A stretch of 63,154 nt of DNA, counting the filler, from Sphacelaria rigidula (taxonomy: Eukaryota): NCBI GenBank assembly GCA_964200075.2. It is 6 parts of 6 records of this genome, joined end to end, with 100 filler letters (N's around TTAATTAATTAA, not from the genome) between each part and the next. Parts side by side here need not be neighbours in the genome. Positions count along the whole stretch, not along the records: positions 21,088 to 31,530 come from CAXNAA020006481.1; positions 31,631 to 42,072 come from CAXNAA020006482.1; 4 more parts are not named here. One strand, 5' to 3'. Made by a program: the position numbers and the translations under genes. The notes below the pieces were generated by a model, which searched no databases, was not told the origin of the DNA, and was given only the letters and a program-made list of their open reading frames with translations. Below, one piece after another: positions 24,710-36,178 of the stretch. Numbering within the stretch: position 1 is the stretch's first letter; each line of letters begins with the position of its first letter.

Positions 24710-27700
24710 GCATCCCCAAAGCGAGTTCAAGACAAACGAACGAGTTTCAACCAATAGAAACCAAGGCGAAATAGCATGCGCCAGATCACAAAGAAATACC
24801 ATACTCCGACGCTAATTTACTGGTCAGCGCCCGAGCCAACCGCATTTTACGCAGTTCCTTCAAAACAAATTCAGGCGCAGAGGAATGAATCTTGCGAAGA
24901 GACTCTCCCACGTACGTTCTTCAGCACCGAACCCTTCCCACTCGACCAAAACAATGACATCACCATTGTGATCCTTAGAGACGTGCAACAAAGCATTCAT
25001 CCGATATTCACCTTGAGCATACGAATGCTGAAATACATCTTCTAGTTCCGCAGTGATGTCCAACTGCGAGTCAGCATAGAAACGTGAACGAGCGACATGG
25101 GCCGAGAGCACGGCGCCAGAAACAATGTTCTGCACCGAATACACGTAAGCGTGATCGCCTCCGACCACTCGCCACGGACCTGTCCACGTGGACATCAACT
25201 TTGGCGTCACGCCTTGCCTCCGAACACGGGCATACAACACGAAATCTCCAACTGCAAACTTGGGCAACACAGCCTGGCCCTGAGCAAGCTTGCGTTTGGT
25301 TTCGCGAGACACCGCGACAGCAGCTTGCACTTCGTAACAAAACCGCACTTGCTCGCCAACCAAGCCTCGGACCTTGTCACGCAACGAATCAGCTTCCATG
25401 GCATCGACGTTCCACTCGCCGCTAGTGACGGAAGCCAGCGTGGAAAATGCTATACGCGGCGCACGCCCAAACATCACACAATACGGAGTGTTACGGTAGC
25501 GTTCACGAAAAGAAGTATTCAACGCCCACTGAGGAGCTGGCGAAACATCAACCCATTCAGACACCGGCTGTCGCTGTTCCGACAGAATAGACCGCAACGC
25601 ACGAATAACCTCTTTCACCATGCGTTCACAAGCACCATTCGACCAAGGGGTATACGCAACAGCAAATTGGTGTTTGACCTTCAGCGCATCGCTCAGCTGC
25701 GCAATCACTCGATTCTTGAAGTGCGTGGCGGTATCACTAACCCAAACACGTGGCACCCCCAAAGTCTTGCACCAATGGAGCAAGTGCTTAGACGTAACCT
25801 CGGCGGTGCAAGCCTCGGTCGACTCCAACAAAACGAAATCGGACAAATTATCCATGATAACCAAAACGTACCAAAAACCATCCTCCTCAGGCAAACCATG
25901 AGCACCTTCAGGTCCGCTACTTCCGACGTACAGAAAATCAAAGTGAACAACTTCACCTGGCGCAGTACCATGCACAGTATCGCTATGCGGACGAGGTACA
26001 ATCTTCCAGCACGAGTGTCTACACAATGCCAACACTGGCGAACGAACTCGCGAACGTGGGAATCCATGTGAGGCCACACACAGTACTCTTTCAAACGAAA
26101 CAGAGTCGGCGCCACACCACGGGGACCAGCCGACCGCATGTGAGCGCACACCACCAAGCGAACTTGTAGAGCCTTATCATCCGACGAAATCCACAAAACA
26201 TTACTACTGCCAACACGCACGCGAATCAAACCATCGTCAGCCATAGTAGCTTGACCGAAAATCGTGGGGAAAGAATGAAGATCTTCGCCGACTGCTTTGC
26301 GCTGCGCGGTACGAATGATATCTAACGAGGGCGGCGAATCATCGGCATCAAACGGGCTGTACACGGCAACAGAACGAACAGGCACGATAGGAACCTTCAC
26401 CAAGCGAGACAAAAAATCTCCCAAAAAATGCGCTCTCCAGGAATGTGTTCACTGACATACCGTTATTGTTGTTGGGCTCCCAGCAACCCCCGCATGTCTT
26501 TTTGGCTTGGCATCACCCCCGGAGACTGTTTCACTTGCGTGGTCACCGCCTGATAGTCGCTGACCAAACGGAATTTGTCCCTCTTCGGCACCGCCATCGT
26601 CGAACTCGCCCACACAGCCTGAATATTCCCAACCAACAAACCAAATGCCACCAAAACTGCGATGCATGAAGCAAGCCACCCGGTCTTCACCGGATCGCAG
26701 CGGCGAGGCTTGGCCTTCACAGCCTCCTTCATTGGCTCCACGGCGCTGGCGGATCACCACGCAGCGCACGGTGAAATGTATCTACGCGACGAACGAAAAT
26801 GTCGCGCAGACAATGTGAGCCATCGGCGCTCAGGCCCTTCTGCTCGGTCTGCCGCACACTATCCTCAAGCGCACATTTTCTTGAACATCTCTCCTCTGCT
26901 GGGTTTATGAACCTTTACGGCCCCCGATCGACTAAGCGCTCCACCGCTTCATCAGCAGGAGCCTCATCCTCGTTGGCGCTCTGGAATGACCGTATGGATA
27001 CGATCACACGCCTTGCAGCAAGGTAACTGGGGTTTTCCACGCCGGTTTGCACCGGCACAGCACGCGGACGTAACTTCTCCAACGCCAGCGGATATAGATC
27101 AATCCCAAGCTCCTTTATTGTCGCTATCTCAAATAGAACCACGTTGTCCCTACTGGGCATGACAGCGAACGTAATCGGCTGCAACTGCACAGCACCCCAT
27201 GGCGTGCGCACGCTAACAGTAATTGGCACCGTTTTGTGTGTAACCGTCACGGGAGCACCCGTGGCGATTTGTGCCGTTTGCGGTCTATTTTCGAACGGAA
27301 TCTGAAGCTGGGCGCCGCCAAACTGCGAAAACATCTGTTCTAGCAAGCCCACATCGATCGACGTGAGCGCGGACCCCGAATCCAGAATAACGCGGGCCAT
27401 GAACGAATCTACAGAACCAGGAAAGGCTAAATCTGCGCGTAAGCATTCAGCCTTGCGATCGACAGGTACCACGCCTGCCGAAGAACCCTGTTCTGTCCCA
27501 AGAGTCACCCGACGCCAGGGCTGCCCTCGAACACTTGGCATCGATAGCTGCGAATCGTCGGTCCAAACAGACCAAGTCGTTGAATATGCAGACGGCGCTG
27601 TTACAGCCGTCGCAGCAGTAGGAAATGCACCAGACACGGATCCTGCCTGGCCGAGGGGTTGCGAGCTATTCGCTCCAGCACTCCCCACCGAGGTATTTGC

Positions 27701-28932
27701 ATTTCCCACGTACACTGTCCGGCCCGCTACGGACGAACCATAAGATTCAGAGTCACCACCTGATGACGTAGTGGAAGAAACAGCAGCGGAGGTACCACCA
27801 TCCGCCGCCGATTGCTTGGTACCTCGGCCGCCGCGCCCCGCGTCCCTGATCGGCGCGAACCCGTCCACCGTGACGACCGCCCCGAGATCCTGATAAACCT
27901 CGTGCATTGCCCTGTGCAGCGCCTTGAACGCGAGGCTTGGGGGCAGTCCTTGATCATATGTCCGGTGTCGCTGCAGTTGTAACATGGGCGAGTGGACGAC
28001 TCTCGCGAAGACGACTGCTGTTTCTGTTGCTGTTGATGTTTTCGGCGCATACTATCTGCACTTGTTGCAGAGGCGCGCCGGCCATGTGCTTCAATGAACT
28101 TCCACTGGTCGGCTGCCTCAAATATTGTTTTGAACACCATCGTCGGGTTCTTTCTCCAGCCGTCAACATACGTTGGTACACTTCTAACATACGCCTTGAA
28201 TTCCGGAGGCGAAATCCCGTCCACCAAAGCTATGGAAACCGACTCGGCCGAGCTGGGCAACCAAACTCCTGTCCTCCGCACGGTACATGGCTTGCACCGT
28301 CAGGTTCTCTGCAAAAACCCGTTCCATCTCTGAACTAACCGTCATAGCACGATCCCTGACAGTTTCCCCCCCGTTTTGCTTCATCGTAAGTACCCTACGT
28401 AGGTCTGCTGCAGCCCGCGTAGCGTCATGCTTTACACCGGTTGTAGTATACCCGGTATGCTGATTCACAGCATCAAGCAATCCATCGGGGATCATAGCCC
28501 GACCGTCCTTGTACATGTCTTCGAAGCAGCGGTGAATGTAGGCAGGAATGAGTTGCCCTATGCTCACTCTTTCCTGCCGCATAATTCCTTCTGAAGTTGC
28601 TAGATTCCACCGCTGTATGTTTTCAAGATATCTTGGGAAAAAGCACGTGATGCCTCTTCTGTCCACTTTTCTCCATACTTTGGCGGCTGGAGTGGCTCAC
28701 CTAACACCAGCGGCCCTGCCGCTGCTTGAGCCATGTCGTCTATGCTTCAAACACTTCACGGAGAGACTCTTGCCTAACTTGTGCGTCCTCCAGCTCACGG
28801 AGCACCCCCCTCTGCTGTGCGCTTCAAGTTGGTCTCCTCCTGTCTGTGGGCTAAACTGACTCTAGGCTGCTGCTCAACTTTTCTCCTCAGCCAAGATTCC
28901 TCTAACAGAGTGCCGGAAGAATATCTAGATAT

Positions 28933-29190
28933 TGTAGCCTCTGCCAGACGATCTGGACAAGAGGACTATCCACGAGGGACTCCTCCAGTAGCACTGGCCT
29001 TGCGCTCGACAAGTGTTTTCTTCTCACTTGTTATTATCACGGAGTGATTTTCAACAGACCACATCAAGAGCTAGACACCAAGGGGCCACACAGATGAGGG
29101 TCATCAATCCAGGATCCTCTGTCCCCTGCCACTGCTCCAATCATGCATGCGATTATTCTGAAACCTACGGCTTGGTATCATTTCGCTACA
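28933..29190 (-). repeat. 5' LTR of the Gypsy element
   Basis: TGTAG...CTACA termini; direct repeat of 24452-24709. Confidence 0.92.
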
Positions 29191-30772
29191 GACATCAAGT
29201 CCCACCACGTGAGATGGCTTGTTGCGGACAAGACGATGCCTGTGGAGCACACTGACACTGAGTTGCAGAGAGCGGGCATCTGCACCAGAAGTTTGGAAAA
29301 TACAGTTTCTAAATGATCCCATCTCACCCCTGGGTGTTTGAACAATTGTTTTGAATATAATCGTGTTCAGTTCGGTTGTGCGCAGTTGGCGTCAAGTGGC
29401 AGAATCGAGATCTCAATGTTGTGTAAAGCGAAGCTCAAACTTTCAGGCTGAGAAGTATATTTCGTGGTCACAAGTAATGCGGTTCTTGAGAGGGTGCGTT
29501 GGAATACAGAGAGAGTAGTACAAGGACACAAGAACGGCTCTTGAGAACTTTGAGTGAAGTATGACCTTCACAGTCTATGTACGATTGAGAGGCAGGTTTC
29601 TTCGAAACAGCCGGAGGAGCTACGTGTGGTCAAACCAAATAATGAAACTCTTGAAATTCCGTTTACCTGGGCAGCTACAGTGAGGCTGCACACAGGTTGT
29701 TCTAGCCCTCTTCACTCACTCTACTATTATACTACAAATATTCTATCAAGTCGATACTGATTTTGTTCCCTGTGCAGTTGCGTGGTGGTACAACTGCTAC
29801 ACAGAGATTCCCCCTCAGGTGAGGGTACAGTGTAGTCACGAGTCCGCCGCGAGGGTGGGGATAACCCGGAAGATTTCGCGATCCGATCTCGGGGTGGAAA
29901 CCCTATACTGATGAGTACAGCTTGGGCGCCAGGATACAGAAGATGACATGTAGTGCCAAGGTTAAGTACCGGGGGGCGAGAAGAAAATCATTTTGCTTGC
30001 GTTTGCGGCATCAATTTAGTACGCAGTCCGACTCCGATACTAATGACCTCTTTGCCCTAGTATCCTGCCCAGAGATTGTTGTCAGGGTTCACAGTGTAGC
30101 ACACAAGCAAACCAAAATCACAAATGGACACACTCCACGCGTTCAATAATACCGTGGATTGCCTTCAGCACTATTCAATTTAATCACACACCGTCCGCTG
30201 GCGATGCACCCAAGGTCTCAGCGAAACACCGTCACCATGGCTATTGGACTCTAAGGCTGGCGCGGCGGATCATGACCGACCCCTTAATGGGAGCATCTCT
30301 TCCCGGTCAACCCTCCACAAGGCGAAAATCCTTTCATCGACACAAACCACCGCTGTCACCATCACTACATAAGTGACGCACGCACTCATGTGTAAGAGGC
30401 ATCGTTCGCATTGAACGACACGATTCCATCAAGTCCCGACCATCATTACTGGGTTTCGCATCATCGTCGGATCTTGAGCCCTCCGCCTCCGACGTGCTGC
30501 AGTCGGACTCGATGGGTGCGGTGAAGGTTCCTGGGGAAAAGTAGGCTCAACGACAAGGGTTTTCCACCGCCAGGTCCGTTACGGCCAGTTGAATCCACAG
30601 CGCCTTCCGATATCCTATCGGCAGCTCGCCCCTCTTCTCGCCCGCACTGATTCTGAGTCAGGGGTGATTGCTACCATTACTCCAGATAAGATGGTCCAGA
30701 AACCACGACATCTCGCAAGCCGCGTCCGCACCCCCTCCGCCACACCCCGTACACTGGCGGGGTAATCAATCA

Positions 30773-31045
30773 CGGACTAAGGTCGAGATAGCCCCCCCAC
30801 AAAAAGTGCACCAGAGACCGCAAGACAAACCGGCTGAGATCCCACTATTGGGCTCGTTCGCGGCAATTCCGCCCACATAGGAGGTGTTTAGATGTCCAAA
30901 CTTTTCTATAAGGCCCAAATGAGTCGCGTCGTACAGCCCGAAACCAGCTCTAACGGCATTTCTGATCATCGCCCCCGTCCACGTTTTTGGCCGGCTTAGG
31001 GGGGGGGCTATCTCGGCAGCAGCCAACGGTGGGACAGTTAGTCCG
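30773..31045. mobile_element. MITE-like element
   Basis: Outer IR CGGACTAA/TTAGTCCG and a perfect 15-bp inner IR CGAGATAGCCCCCCC (30784-30798 / 31001-31015). Confidence 0.5.
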
Positions 31046-31384
31046 ATCTTGATGGTATTCAACTGCCTGAAGAGGTATTCGAAGGACTGCCCCACCCTCT
31101 TCTTTGTGTGCAACACTCTTGGATGAATGTAGGAGGTCTACGGGCTTAAGCTCTTGTTTTCAGGAGAAAGAAGAACGTCAGCAGGAACAGCTCCCTACCC
31201 CTGTCTTTTCTGAAGAACAACAAACAACCATCGAAAAGTCACAACGAGTCGTGTGGTGTGTGGCGGTGGAAATATTTTTCGGGCCTGTTCTTTGTCGGGC
31301 TTGCCGCGAGTCCATCAGCTCTAAGCACGCCCGTCGGATGGGTTTTCGATGCTTGTTTGTTGTTCTCCAGAAAAGATAAGGCCG

Positions 31385-31530
31385 AGGGTGGGCGTACTCA
31401 TTTATTACTTGCCTTAGTCGTTTGACCATTGACCACGCATCCCTTTCGAGACGGAGCGATTGTTGCTTGCCTTAGTCGTGTGACCATTGACCACGCATCC
31501 CTTTCGAGACGGAGCACCGTTCCTACTCCT
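31385..31530 (-). mobile_element. Two tandem LINE 3' ends
   Basis: CTTGCCTTAGTCGT(T/G)TGACCATTGACCACGCATCCCTTTCGAGACGGAGC occurs twice. Confidence 0.75.
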
Positions 31531-31630
31531 NNNNNNNNNNNNNNNNNNNNNNNNNNNNNNNNNNNNNNNNNNNNTTAATTAATTAANNNNNNNNNNNNNN
31601 NNNNNNNNNNNNNNNNNNNNNNNNNNNNNN
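31531..31630. other. Artificial contig linker
   Basis: N44-TTAATTAATTAA-N44. Confidence 0.97.
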
Positions 31631-31757
31631 GGCGAATCATCGCCGGTTGAAATCACCAAATCCACGATTTTTTAGGGCTGATTGATCGAAAAAAAGAAAA
31701 AAAAAAAAGCGACCGCTGGACAAACAGCTCTCCACGCAACTTTGCGCCATTCCACGT

Positions 31758-31880
31758 GCCTGGGCTTCGCGTAGTTGGGTTGCAACGCTGAAAACAAAGC
31801 GTGAGGATTGATTCGTACCGTACAATTCAATTACACTAAAATCAAGCAATTTCCGGACGAATCATCAAGTCGTCCGAGCC
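31758..31880 (-). repeat. End of a dispersed repeat, inverted homolog of 41950-42072
   Basis: GGGTTGCAACGCTGAAA..CAAAGC...GGATTGATTCGTAC...CAATTACACTAAAA is shared in opposite orientation. Confidence 0.7.
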
Positions 31881-32408
31881 TTGGAAACCTTCCACTGCGC
31901 TCAACAGCCGATTGAACAGAACGGACGCAAGTTGACACATACACACACGAGTTGAATGCATCAAACCGCTCGCCACAAATCCCTGCTCTCATCATAGGCT
32001 GGTTGCTGCTGAGCTCCCTCGAGATATACGCCCTGCCTAGATGGAAAGAGCCTTTAACTCCCGCCCTCAACCGCGTAAGGCTACTGCAATCCTCGTGGTT
32101 CAGAGCAAACGCGCGAAAGAGAATCTGCCGAGCGACCGGACGGTCAGGACACAAATACGCTGTCACAGCTCATTAGTATAGACTTGATTTATTTCGATTT
32201 GATTTGATACACCACAAATCCATGTAAATGTGGATATATATCACACCCTGGATCATAGATTATTTCGTCAAAAAAGGTACTGCGTATAGTATGGAATATA
32301 TTGCCTGTTGTAATAGTCGCAATAGTCGATACTGTACGCAGTACACTTCTTGACAGTGCATTCAATTATACAGGGTGCGAAATATATGTAAAGTAAAACA
32401 CGTCATAC

Positions 32409-33476
32409 CTTATCGTCCCTTTTGACCAAAATACGCCTCCCTCGAATGATGAACTCCTCCACCGGAGACTCGCACTCAATCAACTGCTGTCGTTCTCCGG
32501 GACCTCGCTGCGCAGCCACCATGGCAACCGCCTGACAATTCCGCCGCATATATAGGTAAACAGTTTTGCCTTTTTATGAGTAAGGCCACCATGATTTTGT
32601 GACCCCGCCCCTACTTGAAACGGAGAGGTAGGCGTCGGGGAGGGGCATACTCACTGTGTTGCTTGCTTTAATCAATGACCAATGTCTAAGGCAAGCTACA
32701 AATGAGCACCCCCCGCTGCCCCCCGCCCCCTCAAACACCTCCGTTTCAAGTAGGCGTTTTCGTAGTCAGTGACGGCCCCCCAAAAAGTCTGACATCAGTG
32801 GACCCTCTGTGAAATGAACTAGCGAACAGCGGATATGTTCTACTTTACCCAGGAGGGTGGCTGTATAGACACTAGCTTCTTACTCGGTGAGGTGCCACGG
32901 GACGTGTGATGCGTCGTGGTTAGGAACGGGAGGAGTGTTCCGGGACTGAAAAACTGGGCTGTGAAAAAGGAGTGACTGGCGGGGGGGGCGGTGAGCCAGT
33001 TGTTCACCCAGAGGAAGCATGACAACCACCCGGGTAGGGATGGACGATGACGGTGTTCAAGACCGCAAGTGCGGTCCGTCGTTGGGGTGTCAGATATAGA
33101 GAGGTGGTGAATCACATCTAACTATGTTGGAAATGGTACCTGGTGAATGGAAATTGTTCCGATAATATTAGGCTTCCTTCCCTGCCCACTCCCCTCCAAA
33201 ATTGCGAGCCTAGTCCAGTGAAAGCCTGACATGCTCTGTCCCGGCTATGTAGGGATGCGAGGCCAATGGTTTCATCACTGCTGCATGCAGAATCTTGAAT
33301 GCGCCCCCTCCCGTCCCCCATATGACATGTAAACATTTTTTGTGTAGTGTATGGAAGAAACGTAGTGAGCGCCGGAATGTTGCAGGTGACTCTAATGGGA
33401 GTAGGAACGGTGCTCCGTCTCAACATGGATGCGTGGTCAATGGTCGAACGACTGAGGCAAGCAACAAATGAGTACG

Positions 33477-33511
<35 letters not shown>

Positions 33512-36178
33512 ACCCCCCCCCAAAAACTCCCCCACCCCGGGGGCGCCACCCGCTGCAACCACNNNNNNNNNNACAACAAAAAAATGAATACCCCCCCCCC
33601 CCCCCCTCCCCTCCCCTATGCAAGATTATCAGCACACACACCCCTGCCCCCCTTCTCCTGTCCCCCATCATCAATCGGTCTTGACTTTTGAGGAACTAAT
33701 TGCATTCTAAAAAAGCCGATTTGAGGCCGGATTACAGAAAAGCGCCATATATCCGCACGAAAGTAGCAACAACAAAATCAACAACGAAGTCAATTACTCA
33801 AGAGGGGGGAGACACTGGCAACGGACACCGGTGAAGAGACATCATTCGGAAGTTTTCGTCAGCAAAAAGCATGAATATCTTTACATTCCACAGGCGCCCT
33901 TTTCTCCGAATTCTTCCAAGAGGTTCTCTCGGAATAACTCACCGCGTTTTTGAACCTGACTACTATGATGAACCAGAACGCGGCATTGGCACAATCTAGC
34001 GAATCCCTTCCATTTCGATGACTAACAACAAAGGCGAAGAAACAACGAACACCCTCTTGCATTTGATAGGGTATGGTATGGTCACAACTTAATTCTTCGA
34101 GTACAGTGGGAGTTCCACCACAGTGCGGTCAAAATCAATCTCACGGAGCCAATTCTCCATTCAAATATCAAATGATTTCACTATACCAGTATAGTGCGCG
34201 GGGTCCCAGCATAGTGCGGTCAAGCCGGGCTGATGACCCGCTGCACTATGCCGGAACTCCATTGTACCCATGCATAGGACTTCAGTCGACTACTGCAGGA
34301 ACCTGGGAGACGGTTGCTTGGGGTAGTCGATATCGACGGTGCCCTGAGGGTACTCGGTACCCTCCTCCAGACACCTTTGCAATATCGCTCAACCAAATAG
34401 ATCGCTTTCAACATATTGCTCGTGGTCGACTTGGGGGAGAGCTATGTAATCACTCGCTGGAGGGGTCGTAAACGGAATCGCGCTAAGCTATTACTGTACA
34501 GCAGAATAGATGGCTCGAATAAAGAAAAAAATGAGAAAAACTTGATAGTATTGAGAAGATTTTTTCTGATACAATACTGAAAAACGTGCTGCTGTGCCCA
34601 ACCATGAGCGAGGACTACTGTATGGTTGGGTAGAGAAGCTCACACAGGGTCACGTACAATGCTCAATACATGATCTTTACTTTCTTCTTAAAAATACCTC
34701 TCGCACGCTTTCCTCGATCAATTCTTCTTCCGCGCTCATCGGCTCTTCCTCGGCATCCTCCGGCAATACAACGCCTCCGGCGTCCCCAATATCCTCCTGC
34801 ACTCGTCGATTATCGCCCAGCCTTCCCCCGCCATCACCCCGCAAGTCACCTGTACTATCTCGCCTCACACCGCCTCTACCGCCCCCTCCCCTTTCGTGTG
34901 TTGCAGCTGCGCTGCAATCGACACCCGCATCATCGAGCGTCGCATTCAAGGAGGCGTTTTCAACCTTCCCTCCTGCTGTCACCTCCGTGGCCGTGGTAAC
35001 CTTCTCGCGCCCTCGAATTTCCCCGGGTGTTTTTCGCCCCGCACCGCCCTCGTCAGCGTCATCTTCTCCTTTTATCCGCTCTGAACTACATCCGCCGTCA
35101 TTTTCCAGCACATCACCGCCACCACCACCACCACCACCACCACCACCACCACCGGTACCTTTACTTCGCGCCTTGCCGCCCGTCGATGCGGTACGACGAT
35201 TCCCGCGCCCAGGGTTATCCCTGCGATTGTAAGATTGCCCGGGAGCTACCACTTCAGGCAGTTCACCGCGATAGCTTGAACGCTCCACCTTTTTCCAGCC
35301 GGAGGGAAGCGATATCGGGGCTTGCGGCTCATAGATACTCGATAGCGCTGGCGAAGAGGACGATGTCCACGACGTTTCATACGTGGCAGGTGATGGCGAT
35401 GGCGTGGGGAATTTCTGGGGGGGCGGAACGGAGCCGGAGACCGACGATAAATACTCATCCCTTGCTGGCGGGGGTGTTGGTGGTCTTGTTTGTGTCGCCG
35501 TCGCCACCATGCTTGCATTCCGCGCTTCATTCTCGCCTGCCGTCGGGAATGACGATGACTCACGCCTGTCGATGTCAGTACTGTCGTTGTGACTATTCCT
35601 ACCGCCACCACACGGCGGAGGTCCCGAGGGACGCGACTGTAGAGCGTCACCACGCGCCGCAGATCCTACACTTCCCCGGGCGGCTTGATCGGCTCCTGTT
35701 CTCCGACCGCTTCTCCTACCGTCACCTCGACGGTACTTCTCACCACGGCCGCTACGGCCGCCACCGTCGAAGATGCCGCCAGTGACTCTGCCCGAGTCAC
35801 TACTAGTACCCCCACTACTGCTACTTTGACTTTTATTCTCACCACTACTGCTACTATTACTACTACTGTTACTACTCGTTGTAGTATGACTATCAGATCC
35901 TTCTACAGAGGAGGCGTTCGCCGTGAGATCCCCCCTTCTCCTTCTCGAGGGCGGAGTCTGCGCCGACGCCACCGCCGATAGCGTCCTGCCGTACCGACTA
36001 GCCCGGTCGTTGTGTAGGCTGTTGGTGCTGTTTTTGATGCAGCCGCTAATACCGTCACTACTGCGGCCGTTGTAGCCGCTGAGGCTGCAGCTGTTGCTGC
36101 TGTGGGGTGAAAAGACAACGCTCCGCCTGCGTGATACCGTTATGTTTGGTGAGAGCCGGAGTCGTGACAACGTTACGC
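32409..36178 (-). CDS. Partial gene: long low-complexity exon followed by the start of a probable ACC deaminase/D-cysteine desulfhydrase-family PLP enzyme
   Basis: Exon 36178-34698 (S/G/R-rich, about 493 aa, ends phase 0 at GAG|GTATTT) and exon 32531-32409 (phase 0/0) encoding ...ECESPVEEFIIRGRRILVKRDDK. The SP...KRDD motif is typical of this family's N-terminus. The GNKxRK motif is not in the contig. Confidence 0.55.
33345..33510 (+). mobile_element. LINE 3' end with poly(C) tail
   Basis: VWKKRSERRNVAG...RNGAPS...VVNGRTTEASNK, stop TGA at 33469-33471, then GTACG and a C-run of about 30 nt. Confidence 0.8.

Larger units (their letters stand above)
24452..29190 (-). mobile_element. Chromodomain-bearing Ty3/Gypsy LTR retrotransposon; RT/RNase H mostly deleted, ORFs frameshifted
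   Basis: Two 258-bp LTRs. Gag with CYNCSDTGHMIKDC knuckle (about 28700-27900), protease ILDSGS (26915-27985), RT start fragment (26463-26741), H2C2 zinc finger and rve integrase (HFDFL...VSDTATHF...NGACERM), chromodomain (LVEWEGFGAEERTWE). Confidence 0.92.
21790..29745 (+). mobile_element. Degenerate Ty1/Copia retrotransposon interrupted by a Gypsy insertion; boundaries approximate
   Basis: RVT_2-like WLYGLR...PCVY...FLLVYVAEI (23351-23773). RNase H-like YINSDLAGD...TTTG (about 24110-24180). The NIDIK/SHHVR motif is split across 24451/29191. Diverged direct repeats at about 21790-22005 and 29510-29745 are probable LTRs. Confidence 0.75.

Noticed and set aside
25097-26071. 324-aa plus-strand ORF
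   Set aside because: Antisense shadow of the Gypsy integrase.
29905-29950. Hammerhead ribozyme (CTGATGAG)
   Set aside because: No stem II closing onto GAAA and no matching cleavage triplet.
35027-35785. Poly-His protein ORF (and the 34594-35232 poly-Pro ORF)
   Set aside because: Antisense readings of the poly-Gly tract in the minus-strand exon.
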